64,000 bases of DNA from an uncultured Candidatus Saccharibacteria bacterium (GCA_964643955.1 CAZXUO010000005.1:95-64094); one strand, 5' to 3'; positions 8,488-18,389 are shown, numbered from the stretch's first letter. Notes: generated by a model not told the origin, from the sequence alone. A program made the numbers and translations.

Positions 8488-11094
8488 ATGAAAAAGATTT
8501 TTGTCGCAGTCGCCGTGTTCACTATTTCAGTAAGCATGTACGTGCCGACTGTAGTTGCATACGACCTGGGCGATTTTTTCTTTACAATCAGGGAAGAGAT
8601 TGAGCTGCCATGCGGTGGGGAGCAGTATGAAAATGGAATTTGTTCTGACGCAGATGATACCTACTATGATTCCGAGACTGAAACAGAAGTTCCTTGTACT
8701 GAAGATGATTACGACAACGGGAATTGTTCGCGCGCGGACACGCATTATTTTGATGTAAGGACGGTAGCTTCTATTTCTCACGGGGACGTTACATATATTC
8801 CGTTCGGTAGAGTATTCAGTATGTTTTTTGTCGACTCTAATACAGACGATCCTCCAGTATATGGAGAACTGTACTATCTTCCTGACGGACAAGGAGGTAC
8901 GCGCGAGTTTATAGATACCGCCGTCGGGTATGGCGAACTTTCTTTTGAGCATGAGGGAGTTTATGAGATTGATGTGTACGAATCAATTATCGAGGCAAGC
9001 TATGTTCCGACGTGGAAGGATGCTTTGGTGCAGTTTATTTTGCCGCGCGCTTACGCTGCTCATCGAGAACCAATTTTTTTCGGCACGATGCGCTTTGAAA
9101 TACGCGATATCGAAAATATGCCAGAAGGCAATCCGAGCGTGCTCTTTTTGCCGGGCACACAGGCAAGTCGCCTCTATGATGGCGATGATGGAAATCGTCT
9201 CTGGGAGCCAAGCGGAAATACTGATGTAGGAAAGCTCGCGCTCGATGCATCTGGAAACAGTATTGAAAATGTGCAGACGAAAGATGTGATTGATGAAATT
9301 GATGTTATCCCACTTCTTCAGTCAAATATCTATAAAGGTTTCATGTCGTATCTCGATGATCTCGTTGATGCGGACGTGATTGAGGATTGGGAGCCGTACG
9401 CGTATGACTGGCGTAGGAGTGTGTTTGATGTCGTCGAGAATGGAAGTACGTACTACGACGGCACAAGTGAAGGTGAACAGAAATATCTCGTTGATCTTGT
9501 CGAAGAGCTTGCGGCGCAATCTCAAAATGGAAAAGTTGCCATCATAGGTCACTCAAATGGTGGCTTGCTTGCAAAAACGCTCATGATGAAGCTCGAGGAA
9601 GAAGGGAAGGATGATCTGATCGATTCGGTTGTCTTTGTGGCGACGCCACATCTCGGTACACCCAAGGCGATCGCGACGGTGTTGCATGGACACGATCAAG
9701 AAAAAGTCGGTGGTCTGCTCGTTGATGACGAAGTTGCGCGCGAGGTAATCAAAAACATGCCTGGTGCATACGCACTCCTGCCTTCAGAAAAATATATGGA
9801 GGTTGCGACTGGCCCGCTCGTTACCTTCAGAGATTCGAGCGTCACCCAGTCACTCATTAATTTTTACGGAACAACAGTGAGTGGCATTGCTGAATTTGTT
9901 GACTTTATGAATGGCGCAGAAGGCCGTACTGCTTCAGGTATGCCTATCAACGAGCCAAGTGTTGCAAATACATCGCTGTTACTTGATGCGCTTGAAGACC
10001 ATACACAGAAGCTCGATACATGGACTGCGCCCGAACATGTACAGGTGTATGAAATAGTCGGCACCGGACTTGCTACTATAAAGTCTCTTGAGTATCGAGA
10101 AATGACCGAGCGGGTCTGTGAGTACAGTGGGAATGTCTCTAATCCATTGAGTTGTACCAATCAGCAGATACTAAAGCCGTATGCGCTGCAAACTTTGTAC
10201 GGGGACGAGACTGTCATGAGTGTGTCTGCAGAGGGGTATTCAGAGGATAAAGAAAAATTCTATCTTAACTTACAGCAATTTGATTTTTCCAACACAACTG
10301 CTGTTGAATTAGGTCATTCAAATATTACTGAGATTGATTCAGTACACGAACTCATTGGAAGAATTTTAGAAGATGGTCCAGCAGAAGATATCGACTTTAT
10401 CTCAAACGATCCTCCTCAGTTTGATGATAATTATCGTGTAATCTCTGTCCACTCTCCAGTAAAAATAGAAGTCACAGACACAGATGGGAATGTGACCGGT
10501 GTTGATTCAAATAATGCTCCGAAGGAAGAAATTCCAGGCAGCAGCTACTTTGAAATCGGTGGTAGCAAGTATGTGGTGGTGCCAGCAGATATTGACTACG
10601 ATGTTGTTTTGAAAGGTGAGGGGAATGGAGGATATACACTCATCATCGACGCTCTAGAAAATGGTGACGAGCAAGAAAATCTCCATACAGCAGAAAATAT
10701 GCTGGTGAGCACTACGACTATCGCAACCTTCAGTAAAGAGGGTGAAAGTTTTAGTTCGATCATCGTTGACGAAAATGGTGACGGAGAGCCCGATGCGGAA
10801 TTTACCGTTGATGGTGAGGAAATCGTTGCTGCGGAGCCGACACCACAAGAGCTCCTTCAGGAATATCGAGATGCGGTCGATGGTATGAATGTCTCCGCTA
10901 CCATCAAGCGAAATTTTAAGGCGTCGGCATCTTTGGCAGAAGATCTGATAAATAGGAATAGAATATATCTTGCAAAACTTACCATTGAAGCGATGAAAGG
11001 GGCGATAAAACTTCGAGAGAATCTTCGACAGATATCTAAAGTAGATGCAAAGATACTGTTAGATATTCTTGTGCGAGTTGAACAGAGTCTGTAA
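8488..11094 (+). CDS. Secreted alpha/beta-hydrolase of LCAT/phospholipase type with acidic C-terminal domains
   Basis: Signal peptide, PSVLFLPG..SRL, YDWR, GHSNGG nucleophile elbow, ATPHLGTPKA, GDETV and HSNI. Confidence 0.8.
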   Translation: MKKIFVAVAVFTISVSMYVPTVVAYDLGDFFFTIREEIELPCGGEQYENGICSDADDTYYDSETETEVPCTEDDYDNGNCSRADTHYFDVRTVASISHGDVTYIPFGRVFSMFFVDSNTDDPPVYGELYYLPDGQGGTREFIDTAVGYGELSFEHEGVYEIDVYESIIEASYVPTWKDALVQFILPRAYAAHREPIFFGTMRFEIRDIENMPEGNPSVLFLPGTQASRLYDGDDGNRLWEPSGNTDVGKLALDASGNSIENVQTKDVIDEIDVIPLLQSNIYKGFMSYLDDLVDADVIEDWEPYAYDWRRSVFDVVENGSTYYDGTSEGEQKYLVDLVEELAAQSQNGKVAIIGHSNGGLLAKTLMMKLEEEGKDDLIDSVVFVATPHLGTPKAIATVLHGHDQEKVGGLLVDDEVAREVIKNMPGAYALLPSEKYMEVATGPLVTFRDSSVTQSLINFYGTTVSGIAEFVDFMNGAEGRTASGMPINEPSVANTSLLLDALEDHTQKLDTWTAPEHVQVYEIVGTGLATIKSLEYREMTERVCEYSGNVSNPLSCTNQQILKPYALQTLYGDETVMSVSAEGYSEDKEKFYLNLQQFDFSNTTAVELGHSNITEIDSVHELIGRILEDGPAEDIDFISNDPPQFDDNYRVISVHSPVKIEVTDTDGNVTGVDSNNAPKEEIPGSSYFEIGGSKYVVVPADIDYDVVLKGEGNGGYTLIIDALENGDEQENLHTAENMLVSTTTIATFSKEGESFSSIIVDENGDGEPDAEFTVDGEEIVAAEPTPQELLQEYRDAVDGMNVSATIKRNFKASASLAEDLINRNRIYLAKLTIEAMKGAIKLRENLRQISKVDAKILLDILVRVEQSL

Positions 11095-11127
11095 AAGTTT
11101 TTTGGATTATAAGTTAGAATAAATTGT

Positions 11128-11529
11128 ATGAGTTTATCTGAAAAGAGGTTGAACTTGTCACTATTATTTTTTTCAGTTGCTGTAGCTTGTGCAACTTACA
11201 TCTTCATAAAGTTTTTCTGTGTGGATGTATGCACATTTGAGGGAAAGAGAGGCTTTGTTGATCCGATCTGGAGTGGAAGCCTCGGCATTTCATCTGTCCT
11301 CCTTTTTTTAGCCCTTTTTCCATCTAGAGTTTTTTATCTCTGGTTGAAATACATTGCATCGTGGTTTATTCCAGTCACTATTCTCGTAATTGCGAATATC
11401 TCAGTCTACAGCTCAGGTATTTTGTCAGTAGGTAGGGGTGAAGCAGCCTTCCAGCTTATGGCTCTACTCGGAGTGATAACCGTAATTTTTGCAATTGGAT
11501 ATACAGTCATCACGCGATTGAGAAAATAA
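11128..11529 (+). CDS. Hypothetical membrane protein (~4 TM)
   Basis: Hydrophobic ORF; TAGAAT lies 7 nt upstream of the ATG. Confidence 0.65.
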   Translation: MSLSEKRLNLSLLFFSVAVACATYIFIKFFCVDVCTFEGKRGFVDPIWSGSLGISSVLLFLALFPSRVFYLWLKYIASWFIPVTILVIANISVYSSGILSVGRGEAAFQLMALLGVITVIFAIGYTVITRLRK

Positions 11530-11544
11530 ACGAATGTACTGGAT

Positions 11545-11766
11545 ATGAAAAAAGAAGAAAAGAAATGGGCGGTTGGGATGTTGTTTATAGGTCTTATGTT
11601 TGGAGTGATGGGGAGTTTGGCAGCAAATGTTTTAGAACGTCACCTTATTTCTAAAATCGGTGAAGATTATTACGGAATCGCCGTTGGTGTTTGCTTCATT
11701 GTGCTCATCATCTATTTCGATAGAAAATTCACGAAGCTCGTTGGACATAATGAAAAAGATAAATAG
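11545..11766 (+). CDS. Small 2-TM hypothetical protein
   Basis: Two hydrophobic segments; tight spacing with neighbours. Confidence 0.6.
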   Translation: MKKEEKKWAVGMLFIGLMFGVMGSLAANVLERHLISKIGEDYYGIAVGVCFIVLIIYFDRKFTKLVGHNEKDK

Positions 11767-11768
11767 GA

Positions 11769-12077
11769 ATGCAAAATACTAATCTTGGACTGATTGAGAT
11801 TGATCCGCAGTATGTGGGCGAGTGGAAGGAGTGGGGCGCGAAGCTCATGGGTGAATTGCGTAGGGAAGCAATCGAGACTTTGAGGGAAGAAGGGCTTACG
11901 CATGAGCACATGTTTCTTATTGAGCTCGATGGAAAGACGTACCTCGGATTTTTTACCGAAGGGGAAGGAAGGCCGGCAAATCTTGAGAAAGAGATAAATC
12001 AAAAGCATCGAGCGCTTTTAGATAAAAGTAGGATTAGGAAAATTTCTGGAGAGCGGATTTATTCGTTGGGTGTTTAA
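11769..12077 (+). CDS. Hypothetical protein, DUF6176-like
   Basis: EAIETLREEG...E..F pattern recalled from that family; followed by a GC hairpin. Confidence 0.55.
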   Translation: MQNTNLGLIEIDPQYVGEWKEWGAKLMGELRREAIETLREEGLTHEHMFLIELDGKTYLGFFTEGEGRPANLEKEINQKHRALLDKSRIRKISGERIYSLGV

Positions 12078-12136
12078 AAAGGGAAGCCCGCGCGGAGCGC
12101 GGGCGAGTGGTGATGGTGTCTGTGCGACTTCTCGTC

Positions 12137-12481
12137 TTATGTGACGATGAAGCCGAGGTCGGAATAGGCGACCCCTGCGGGCGCTCGTTGTTCTGTGCGA
12201 GGGAGGCCGGTGGCTCCGTACGCAACGAGGTGAACGGTCCCGACCATTCCTCCGATGTTTGCCATTGCCGATTGGACACGTGCGTGTGCCGCCGCATCTC
12301 CGATCATGAGCACTTGCGCTCGGCCGCCGCTGTAGTGCCAGTCGACGTGCACGTGGGTGCACTGACGGATTTTGAGAATCCACGCATTGGTGGTTCGCGA
12401 ATTGCCGTCGACGATGATTGCGACCGGTACGCCGATCCTGAGGATTTCGCTGTCGCACGGTGGTGGCACGTATTTTTCCAT
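12137..12481 (-). CDS. Hypothetical protein
   Basis: SD-like GAAAGG before ATG 12481; converges on the hairpin at ~12086-12105. Confidence 0.5.
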   Translation of the reverse strand: MEKYVPPPCDSEILRIGVPVAIIVDGNSRTTNAWILKIRQCTHVHVDWHYSGGRAQVLMIGDAAAHARVQSAMANIGGMVGTVHLVAYGATGLPRTEQRAPAGVAYSDLGFIVT

Positions 12482-12630
12482 GACAGACCTTTCCAAGATG
12501 AACGATGCTAGTGAGGACAATACTCAATCTTTTTGAGGTGTGCAATGGTGTGAGCTGAGATGATGATTGACAGGATTACTAGATGGCGTAGGCTGCACGG
12601 GTGTTTTGTGTTCTTTGATGGGGGATTGCA

Positions 12631-12981
12631 ATGGTTGGTCTCGTAAAAGAAAGCATCGAGGGAACATGGTGGGTCCATATCCATCGGACTCTTCGAGGTC
12701 GGAAGGTCGCGAAGAAAGTGAGTGACACCGATGTCGCATCGCTCGCGATAGGTCTCATTAAAGAGATGGGTAATTCCCGCACTTCGTTTCGTGTCTGTGA
12801 GGTGGGTGAATGGATTATCCTTGAGGTGCGGTATCAGTTTGCGCATACCTCAAAGGGTGAGTATACCTTCCCGGGAACGCTGAGGAACGATTTCATGCAT
12901 GCGTTGAGGAATCGTTACGGCGCTGCACTGGTGCACGAGATTGGTGCATCGACCAAGTCGTGGGCTGGTACGTGGCCTTGA
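12631..12981 (+). CDS. Hypothetical protein
   Basis: GGGGG SD before the ATG; hairpin CCCGACGGCGCG..CGCGCCGTCGGG downstream. Confidence 0.55.
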   Translation: MVGLVKESIEGTWWVHIHRTLRGRKVAKKVSDTDVASLAIGLIKEMGNSRTSFRVCEVGEWIILEVRYQFAHTSKGEYTFPGTLRNDFMHALRNRYGAALVHEIGASTKSWAGTWP

Positions 12982-13068
12982 GAAGGGAAGACCCGACGGC
13001 GCGCATGCGCGCCGTCGGGGATTTTTATTTAGAATAGTCCTACATACGTCATTTGGTATACTCTGTCG

Positions 13069-13986
13069 ATGACAAAAATACTTGTAATCGCAGCAGCAGC
13101 GCTCGCCATCATCGGCGGCCTTTATTTCTTTAATCCGTTTGCGGCGATGCAAGCAAAAGAAGACGAGGCGGCGGTCCGCGCGCTTGTGGAGGAATTTGGT
13201 ACGAAGCTCAAAAATGTTTCGCTCCTCAATGAAGGTGGGGTGTGGTCGCAGATACAAAATGTGTACGGGCCGTACCTCACGCGTGAGCTTCTTGATGAAT
13301 GGGCAACCAATCCGTCACGTGCGCTCGGTCGACAGACATCGAGTCCGTGGCCAGAGCGCATTGAGGTCGGTTCGCTCGAACGCCGAAGCGACACCGAGTA
13401 TCTCGTGCAGAGCTATCTCATAGAAGTGACGAACGAAGGTGGTGGCATCGGCGAGGCACCGACTGAGACTTCGCGCCGCGCCGTTGTCTTTACCGTTCGT
13501 CTCGAGAATGATGTGTGGCGCATCGCGGGAGTTGCGCTCGGTGAGCGACCGGGAGAAGGTGAGTGGACGTACAGTGAGCCCGATGCGCGCGGCCTCAAAT
13601 TCCAGTACCCTGATCCGCTTCCGACGAAGTTCATTAGTGCGCAGGAATGGCCACCTAAAGTTTCATTTGTCGCAGAGGATTTTGTTTGTGAGACCGGAGA
13701 ACATGCGGACGCATCGGGTGCGCTCGTAAATACTGAAGAGCGCACGGTCGATGATCGTGTGTATTGTGTTGATATCTCTTCAGAGGGTGCTGCAGGAAGT
13801 ACGTACACCACATACGCGTATCGGACGGAGCAAGGAGATTTTATTGCGCATATTGAATTTACGCTTCGATACGTGCAGTGCATGAACTATGACGAAGCAA
13901 ATCAGGGTATGTGTACACTCGAACAAGAGACGTTTGATGTTGATGGACTCGTCGATCGAATTGCGTCGAGTATCAGGATGCCGTAG
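13069..13986 (+). CDS. Membrane-anchored extracytoplasmic hypothetical protein with paired cysteines
   Basis: N-terminal TM; extended -10 TGgTATACT 6 nt before the ATG. Confidence 0.75.
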   Translation: MTKILVIAAAALAIIGGLYFFNPFAAMQAKEDEAAVRALVEEFGTKLKNVSLLNEGGVWSQIQNVYGPYLTRELLDEWATNPSRALGRQTSSPWPERIEVGSLERRSDTEYLVQSYLIEVTNEGGGIGEAPTETSRRAVVFTVRLENDVWRIAGVALGERPGEGEWTYSEPDARGLKFQYPDPLPTKFISAQEWPPKVSFVAEDFVCETGEHADASGALVNTEERTVDDRVYCVDISSEGAAGSTYTTYAYRTEQGDFIAHIEFTLRYVQCMNYDEANQGMCTLEQETFDVDGLVDRIASSIRMP

Positions 13987-14088
13987 CGGAAATATATAAA
14001 TGGAAAGCCGCCGGCGCTCGAGTGAGCGGCGGCGGCTAAGTCGACTCCGGTGGAGTCATCGAGTACTCCTTGGAGTCAGAAGAACGTG

Positions 14089-14367
14089 CTAGTTGGCATT
14101 GGCGGCTGCGGTCCGATCGGCGAGGGCCTTCAGTCCCGCGGCGAAGATGAGCATGGCAGCGCCCTGCTTGTCGTGCGCCCCGAGTACGATATCCGTGCCG
14201 ACGGTCATGTGCGGCGCGAAGGAAACCTTCGGCACGTCGGCGACGGTCACCTGCTCCTCGGAGAGAAGGTGGTGTGCGAGTCCTCCTAAGACAAGCAGTG
14301 TTGCCGCGACGAGCGAGGGGAGTGCGTAGCGGTTGCCTCCCCACGGCGTGCGTTGATGAGATATCAT
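14089..14367 (-). CDS. Small membrane hypothetical protein
   Basis: SD GAGGGG before the ATG; N-terminal hydrophobic helix. Confidence 0.55.
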   Translation of the reverse strand: MISHQRTPWGGNRYALPSLVAATLLVLGGLAHHLLSEEQVTVADVPKVSFAPHMTVGTDIVLGAHDKQGAAMLIFAAGLKALADRTAAANAN

Positions 14368-14499
14368 CTTCTACCCCCTCTGTTGGTGTGCGTCTAGTGC
14401 GGAATGGTACCGGAGTTTTTCTGATATGCCAACTTTTCTACATGGAAAAGTAGAAAGGCCACTCGGGTGAGGAGTGGCCTTGGTGCTCTCGCTTGAGTG

Positions 14500-14676
14500 C
14501 TAGCACTTCGACGAGAGCAGGATGAGCTGGAGCTCTTCGGGGGGCTTCAGTGCGGGGACCTCGTGCGAGGTCCCCTGGATCTCGCGCCCGAAGACGACCT
14601 TCGGGTTCGAGATGATGGCGAGGATCACGACGACCACGATGGCCGCCACGACCGCTGCCCATGCGAAGAAGTTCAT
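14500..14676 (-). CDS. Small single-TM protein (58 aa, MNFFAWAAVVAAIVVVVILAII...)
   Basis: Strong SD AAGGAGGT and a hydrophobic N-terminus. Confidence 0.6.
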   Translation of the reverse strand: MNFFAWAAVVAAIVVVVILAIISNPKVVFGREIQGTSHEVPALKPPEELQLILLSSKC

Positions 14677-14687
14677 TTCCACCTCCT

Positions 14688-14945
14688 TCACTTCGAGACG
14701 GCGGGTGCCGTCTCGGTGCCGAGCATGATGCCGTCGAGGTACCGGCGGGTGTGGGCCACCTCTACGGCCTTCTTGAGCTCCTTGTTCTCCGACTGGACCC
14801 CCGTGCAGCGCGCCTCCATCACCTCCTTGGTGATGCCGGCGGCGGCGTAGCTGAAGAAGACCGCCGTCACCACCAGTGTGAGCAGGCGCTTGTCGTTCTC
14901 CTTGCGGCGCAGGTAACGCTCGAAGGACTGCTTTTCGGAAAGCAT
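14688..14945 (-). CDS. Small single-TM protein (85 aa, MLSEKQSFERYLRRK...)
   Basis: SD AGAGGGG; central TM segment; operon-like spacing. Confidence 0.6.
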   Translation of the reverse strand: MLSEKQSFERYLRRKENDKRLLTLVVTAVFFSYAAAGITKEVMEARCTGVQSENKELKKAVEVAHTRRYLDGIMLGTETAPAVSK

Positions 14946-14956
14946 GTGCCCCTCTT

Positions 14957-15121
14957 TCACTTGGATTCTCCGCTGAGCACTTCGACCCAGCGGGCCCACT
15001 GGCCTGCCGACGAAAGTTCCCAGAGGTTGGCTTCGAGATAGCGGTCGGCAAAGACCGCGACTGCGACAAGCACCATTGCCACGAGGGTGCCGATTGCTTC
15101 CACTTTACCTATCCTTAACAT
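14957..15121 (-). CDS. Small single-TM protein (54 aa, MLRIGKVEAIGTLVAMVLVAVAVFADRY...), absent from the ORF track
   Basis: Translated by hand; SD GGGAGG; directly downstream of a consensus promoter. Confidence 0.6.
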   Translation of the reverse strand: MLRIGKVEAIGTLVAMVLVAVAVFADRYLEANLWELSSAGQWARWVEVLSGESK

Positions 15122-15148
15122 CGTGACCTCCCGTCTAACCTACCTACT

Positions 15149-15177
15149 ATTATAGCATATTAGCCATATATTGTCAA
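15149..15177 (-). promoter_or_regulatory. Consensus sigma70 promoter TTGACA-17-TATAAT (extended -10) for the small-ORF cluster
   Basis: The minus strand reads TTGACAatatatggctaatatgcTATAAT. Confidence 0.85.
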
Positions 15178-15188
15178 TATATGGCTAA
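15160..15188. promoter_or_regulatory. Perfect 14-1-14 palindrome (putative operator) centred on the -35 box
   Basis: TTAGCCATATATTG-T-CAATATATGGCTAA. Confidence 0.7.
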
Positions 15189-15230
15189 GAATGGTGCAAG
15201 GAAGCCATAGGGAGCGGGGGACGGGGCGCA

Positions 15231-15259
15231 TTGCTCATTTTGCCTTGGTATCGTATAGT
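15231..15259 (+). promoter_or_regulatory. Promoter for fusA
   Basis: TTGCTC-17-TATAGT. Confidence 0.65.
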
Positions 15260-15358
15260 ATCGGCACTAAAAGCCGGTGGTTTCCTTTGGCTTTTTCTTT
15301 TTGGGCGAGATTTCTCCTCAAGAACGGCAATTATTATTATTTTAGAGGTTTTATTTAT

Positions 15359-17512
15359 ATGGCACGACAGTATCCACTCGAGAAAGTACGCAATTTCGGT
15401 ATTATTGCGCACATTGACGCGGGTAAGACGACGACGTCTGAACGCGTACTCTTCTATACCGGCATGAGCCACAAGATCGGCGAAGTGCACGACGGTGAGA
15501 CGGTGACGGACTGGATGGAGCAGGAGCGTGAGCGCGGTATCACCATTACGGCTGCCGCTATCAACTGCGCATGGACCAAGTCCGAAGAGCCTGATCGTAA
15601 TGATCCGGTCAAGAAGTTTCACTTTAACGTGATCGACACGCCGGGACACATCGACTTCACTGCTGAGGTGAAGCGTTCGATGCGCGTACTCGACGGCGCG
15701 GTGGTGGTATTTGACGGCGTTGCGGGCGTAGAGCCGCAGTCGGAGACCAACTGGCGCTATGCCGACGAAGCCAAGGTGCCGCGTATTTGTTTCATCAACA
15801 AGATGGACCGCACCGGTGCCTCATTTGAGCGCTCATACGAAAGTATTTTGAAGCGCCTCTCAAAGAATGCCGTTCGTATTCAGCTTCCTATCGGTGCTGA
15901 AGATCGCTTTGAGGGAATGATCGACCTCGTGAAGATGAAAGCATTCCGCTTTGAAGGAGAAATGGGAATGAATGTGGTTGCCTATGACATCCCTGCAGAA
16001 CTCCAAGCAGAAGCAGATGCTGCGCGCGCGGAGCTCGTGGAGAAAGTTGTAGAGCACGATGATGCGCTCATGAATGCGTATCTCGAAGGCAATCAGCCAT
16101 CGCACGATGATCTCGTCGCAACACTCCGTAAGGCAGTGATCGCCAACAAGATTTTCCCCGTGATGACGGGATCTGCACTCAAGAACAAGGGTGTGCAGCT
16201 CGTGCTCGACGCCGTGGTGGACTACCTCCCATCACCAATCGATCTTCCTCCAGTGAAGGGTACCAATCCAAAGACTGATGAGATCATTGAGCGCAAGCCA
16301 TCTGATGATGAGCCGTTCTGTGGACTCGCATTCAAGCTCCAGACTGATCCATTTGTCGGACAGTTGACCTTCTTCCGCGTCTACTCAGGCGTCGTGAAGT
16401 CAGGTACGTATATCTACAATGCAACGACCGGAGACAAAGAGCGTCTCGGACGTATCGTGCGTCTTCAGGCCGACAAGCGTGAGGAAGTAGAGGAGGTGCT
16501 CGCAGGAGAAATTGCTGCTGCGGTGGGTCTCAAGGACACCAAGACGTCGCACACACTTTGTGACGAGGCAAATCCGATCATTCTCGAACAAATCGTCTTC
16601 CCAGAACCGGTGGTGGCGATGCGCATCGAACCAAAGACGAAGCAAGATCAGGAGCGCATGGGTATGGCCCTCAAGAAGCTCTCAGACGAAGACCCAACAT
16701 TCCGTGTGTCTGCTGACGCAGAGACGGGTGAGACGATCGTCGCAGGTATGGGTGAGCTTCACCTCGAGATTCTCGTTGATCGTATGAAGCGCGAGTTCAA
16801 CGTGGAGGCAAATACGGGCCGTCCACAGGTGGCATATCGTGAGACCATCCGCCGCGCTGCTGACGCTGAATACAAGTACATCAAGCAGTCGGGAGGTAAA
16901 GGTCAGTATGGTCACGTGAAGATTCGCGTGAAGCCGCTTGAACCGCTTGCAGAAGGAGAGGACTTGCCAAAGAACACGAAGCGTTCAGAAGGATTTGAAT
17001 TTGTGAACAACATCAAGGGAGGTGCTATTCCAAACGAATACATTCCTGCGGTGGAGAAGGGTGTGAAAGAAGCACTCGACCGCGGTACGGTTGCGGGTTA
17101 CCCAATGGTGAACGTATCGGTTGAGCTCTACGATGGTTCGTACCACGAAGTGGACTCTTCGGAAATCGCCTTCAAGCTCGCAGGTATTCAGGCATTGCAG
17201 GAAGCAGCTGAAAAAGCTGACTCAGTGCTCCTTGAGCCAATCATGAAGGTGGAGATCACGACGCCAGAACAGTTCATGGGAGACGTGACCGGCAACATCT
17301 CATCAAAGCGCGGACAGATTGAAAACATGGAAGACCGCGAAATGGTGAAGGTGGTGCACGCAATGGTTCCACTCTCGGAAATGTTTGGCTACACGACGAT
17401 CCTTCGTTCGATGACTGAGGGCCGCGCATCGATGACAATGGAATTCGATCACTACGATGTCGTACCACCAAACGTTGCGATGGACATCAAGGCTGCTCGC
17501 AACGCGAAGTAA
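15359..17512 (+). CDS. fusA: Elongation factor G
   Basis: [30 protein letters not shown] and [10 protein letters not shown]. Confidence 0.99.
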   Translation: MARQYPLEKVRNFGIIAHIDAGKTTTSERVLFYTGMSHKIGEVHDGETVTDWMEQERERGITITAAAINCAWTKSEEPDRNDPVKKFHFNVIDTPGHIDFTAEVKRSMRVLDGAVVVFDGVAGVEPQSETNWRYADEAKVPRICFINKMDRTGASFERSYESILKRLSKNAVRIQLPIGAEDRFEGMIDLVKMKAFRFEGEMGMNVVAYDIPAELQAEADAARAELVEKVVEHDDALMNAYLEGNQPSHDDLVATLRKAVIANKIFPVMTGSALKNKGVQLVLDAVVDYLPSPIDLPPVKGTNPKTDEIIERKPSDDEPFCGLAFKLQTDPFVGQLTFFRVYSGVVKSGTYIYNATTGDKERLGRIVRLQADKREEVEEVLAGEIAAAVGLKDTKTSHTLCDEANPIILEQIVFPEPVVAMRIEPKTKQDQERMGMALKKLSDEDPTFRVSADAETGETIVAGMGELHLEILVDRMKREFNVEANTGRPQVAYRETIRRAADAEYKYIKQSGGKGQYGHVKIRVKPLEPLAEGEDLPKNTKRSEGFEFVNNIKGGAIPNEYIPAVEKGVKEALDRGTVAGYPMVNVSVELYDGSYHEVDSSEIAFKLAGIQALQEAAEKADSVLLEPIMKVEITTPEQFMGDVTGNISSKRGQIENMEDREMVKVVHAMVPLSEMFGYTTILRSMTEGRASMTMEFDHYDVVPPNVAMDIKAARNAK

Positions 17513-17532
17513 TTTATCTGAAAGTAGCAGAT

Positions 17533-17568
17533 CAAAAGCCGCGCGCCCTTACGGGCGCGCGGCTTTTG
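17533..17568. terminator. Intrinsic terminator after fusA
   Basis: CAAAAGCCGCGCGCCC-TTAC-GGGCGCGCGGCTTTTG. Confidence 0.85.
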
Positions 17569-17663
17569 CATTCCTTGCTCCGCAAAACCATCCATGCTCT
17601 AATGCGCGGCAGTTCTTTTACGCCGCCCGAGCGTGTCGGGTGTTTCTAAGATGGAGTCATGTG

Positions 17664-18257
17664 ATGACGTATGATCTGGCCCGAGCCATCCTCGGTGACG
17701 ACTTCATCTCTCCCGAGGACATCATGAAGTCGCGGGAGGGTATCGTCTATAAGGACGAACTGCTTGCAAAGTTCTGCCGCAACGTGCCTTCGAAAGATGT
17801 GCTCGAGTGGTGCCGTGATAACAACTATATGTTGGTCGCCGGGCCCGATCGTCCCAGGTCACTTCTTGGAATCGGTGACCTCAATGGAGACTATGAATCC
17901 TATGGACGTAAGTGGGCGGCCGGAAACTGGGTCGACACCCACTGGATCACGCTCCGTAAGGAGCCGGTCCCACAGTCTCTCTCGAAGAGTTTCCGGGAGC
18001 AGCGGACCCTGCTGTCTTTTGGTGAGGTGGTCCCGGGCATTGCCCGTGTGGCATGGTGCGTGACGACCTACAAGGCCGTCCGCAACATCTATCTGTTACC
18101 GGATGTCTACGTTCGTACGGCAAGTGTCGTTTTTCACGACAAACACGATCGCGCCTGCGCAGGTTACTATGATGTCAGTAGTGGTCTGAACATCTATCGT
18201 TCTAGTGTGTGTGAATGTGACGAGCATATCGGTGTGGCTGCTACAAAGAGATACTAG
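17664..18257 (+). CDS. Hypothetical protein whose C-terminus resembles CLec-fold DGR target proteins
   Basis: SD GGAG; C-terminal YVRT...GL-NI...D-HIGVAATKRY*. Confidence 0.55.
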   Translation: MTYDLARAILGDDFISPEDIMKSREGIVYKDELLAKFCRNVPSKDVLEWCRDNNYMLVAGPDRPRSLLGIGDLNGDYESYGRKWAAGNWVDTHWITLRKEPVPQSLSKSFREQRTLLSFGEVVPGIARVAWCVTTYKAVRNIYLLPDVYVRTASVVFHDKHDRACAGYYDVSSGLNIYRSSVCECDEHIGVAATKRY

Positions 18258-18327
18258 AGGTCTCTAGGGCCGCCACACATGCGCGAATGCGCATGTGTGG
18301 CGGCCCGGGGGCTTTTTCTTTTTATAT

Positions 18328-18365
18328 AACAAAACCCCCGCGGCGAAGCCGCGGGGGTTTTGTAT
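18328..18365. terminator. Bidirectional terminator
   Basis: TACAAAACCCCCGCGGC-GAA-GCCGCGGGGGTTTTGTA. Confidence 0.8.
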
Positions 18366-18389
18366 TTTCTCTCGAGCGAGAGAAGGGGA

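Noticed and set aside
14089-15121. Small TM ORFs as an inovirus structural module or pilin cluster
   Set aside because: There is no Zot-like ATPase, replication protein or integrase, and no convincing class III signal peptide with E at +5.
15191-15358. N-terminal extensions of EF-G, and similarly EF-Tu, S12, S14 and L24, in the ORF track
   Set aside because: These come from upstream alternative starts. Conserved N-termini begin at later ATGs, and the extensions overlap promoters, leaders or the upstream gene.
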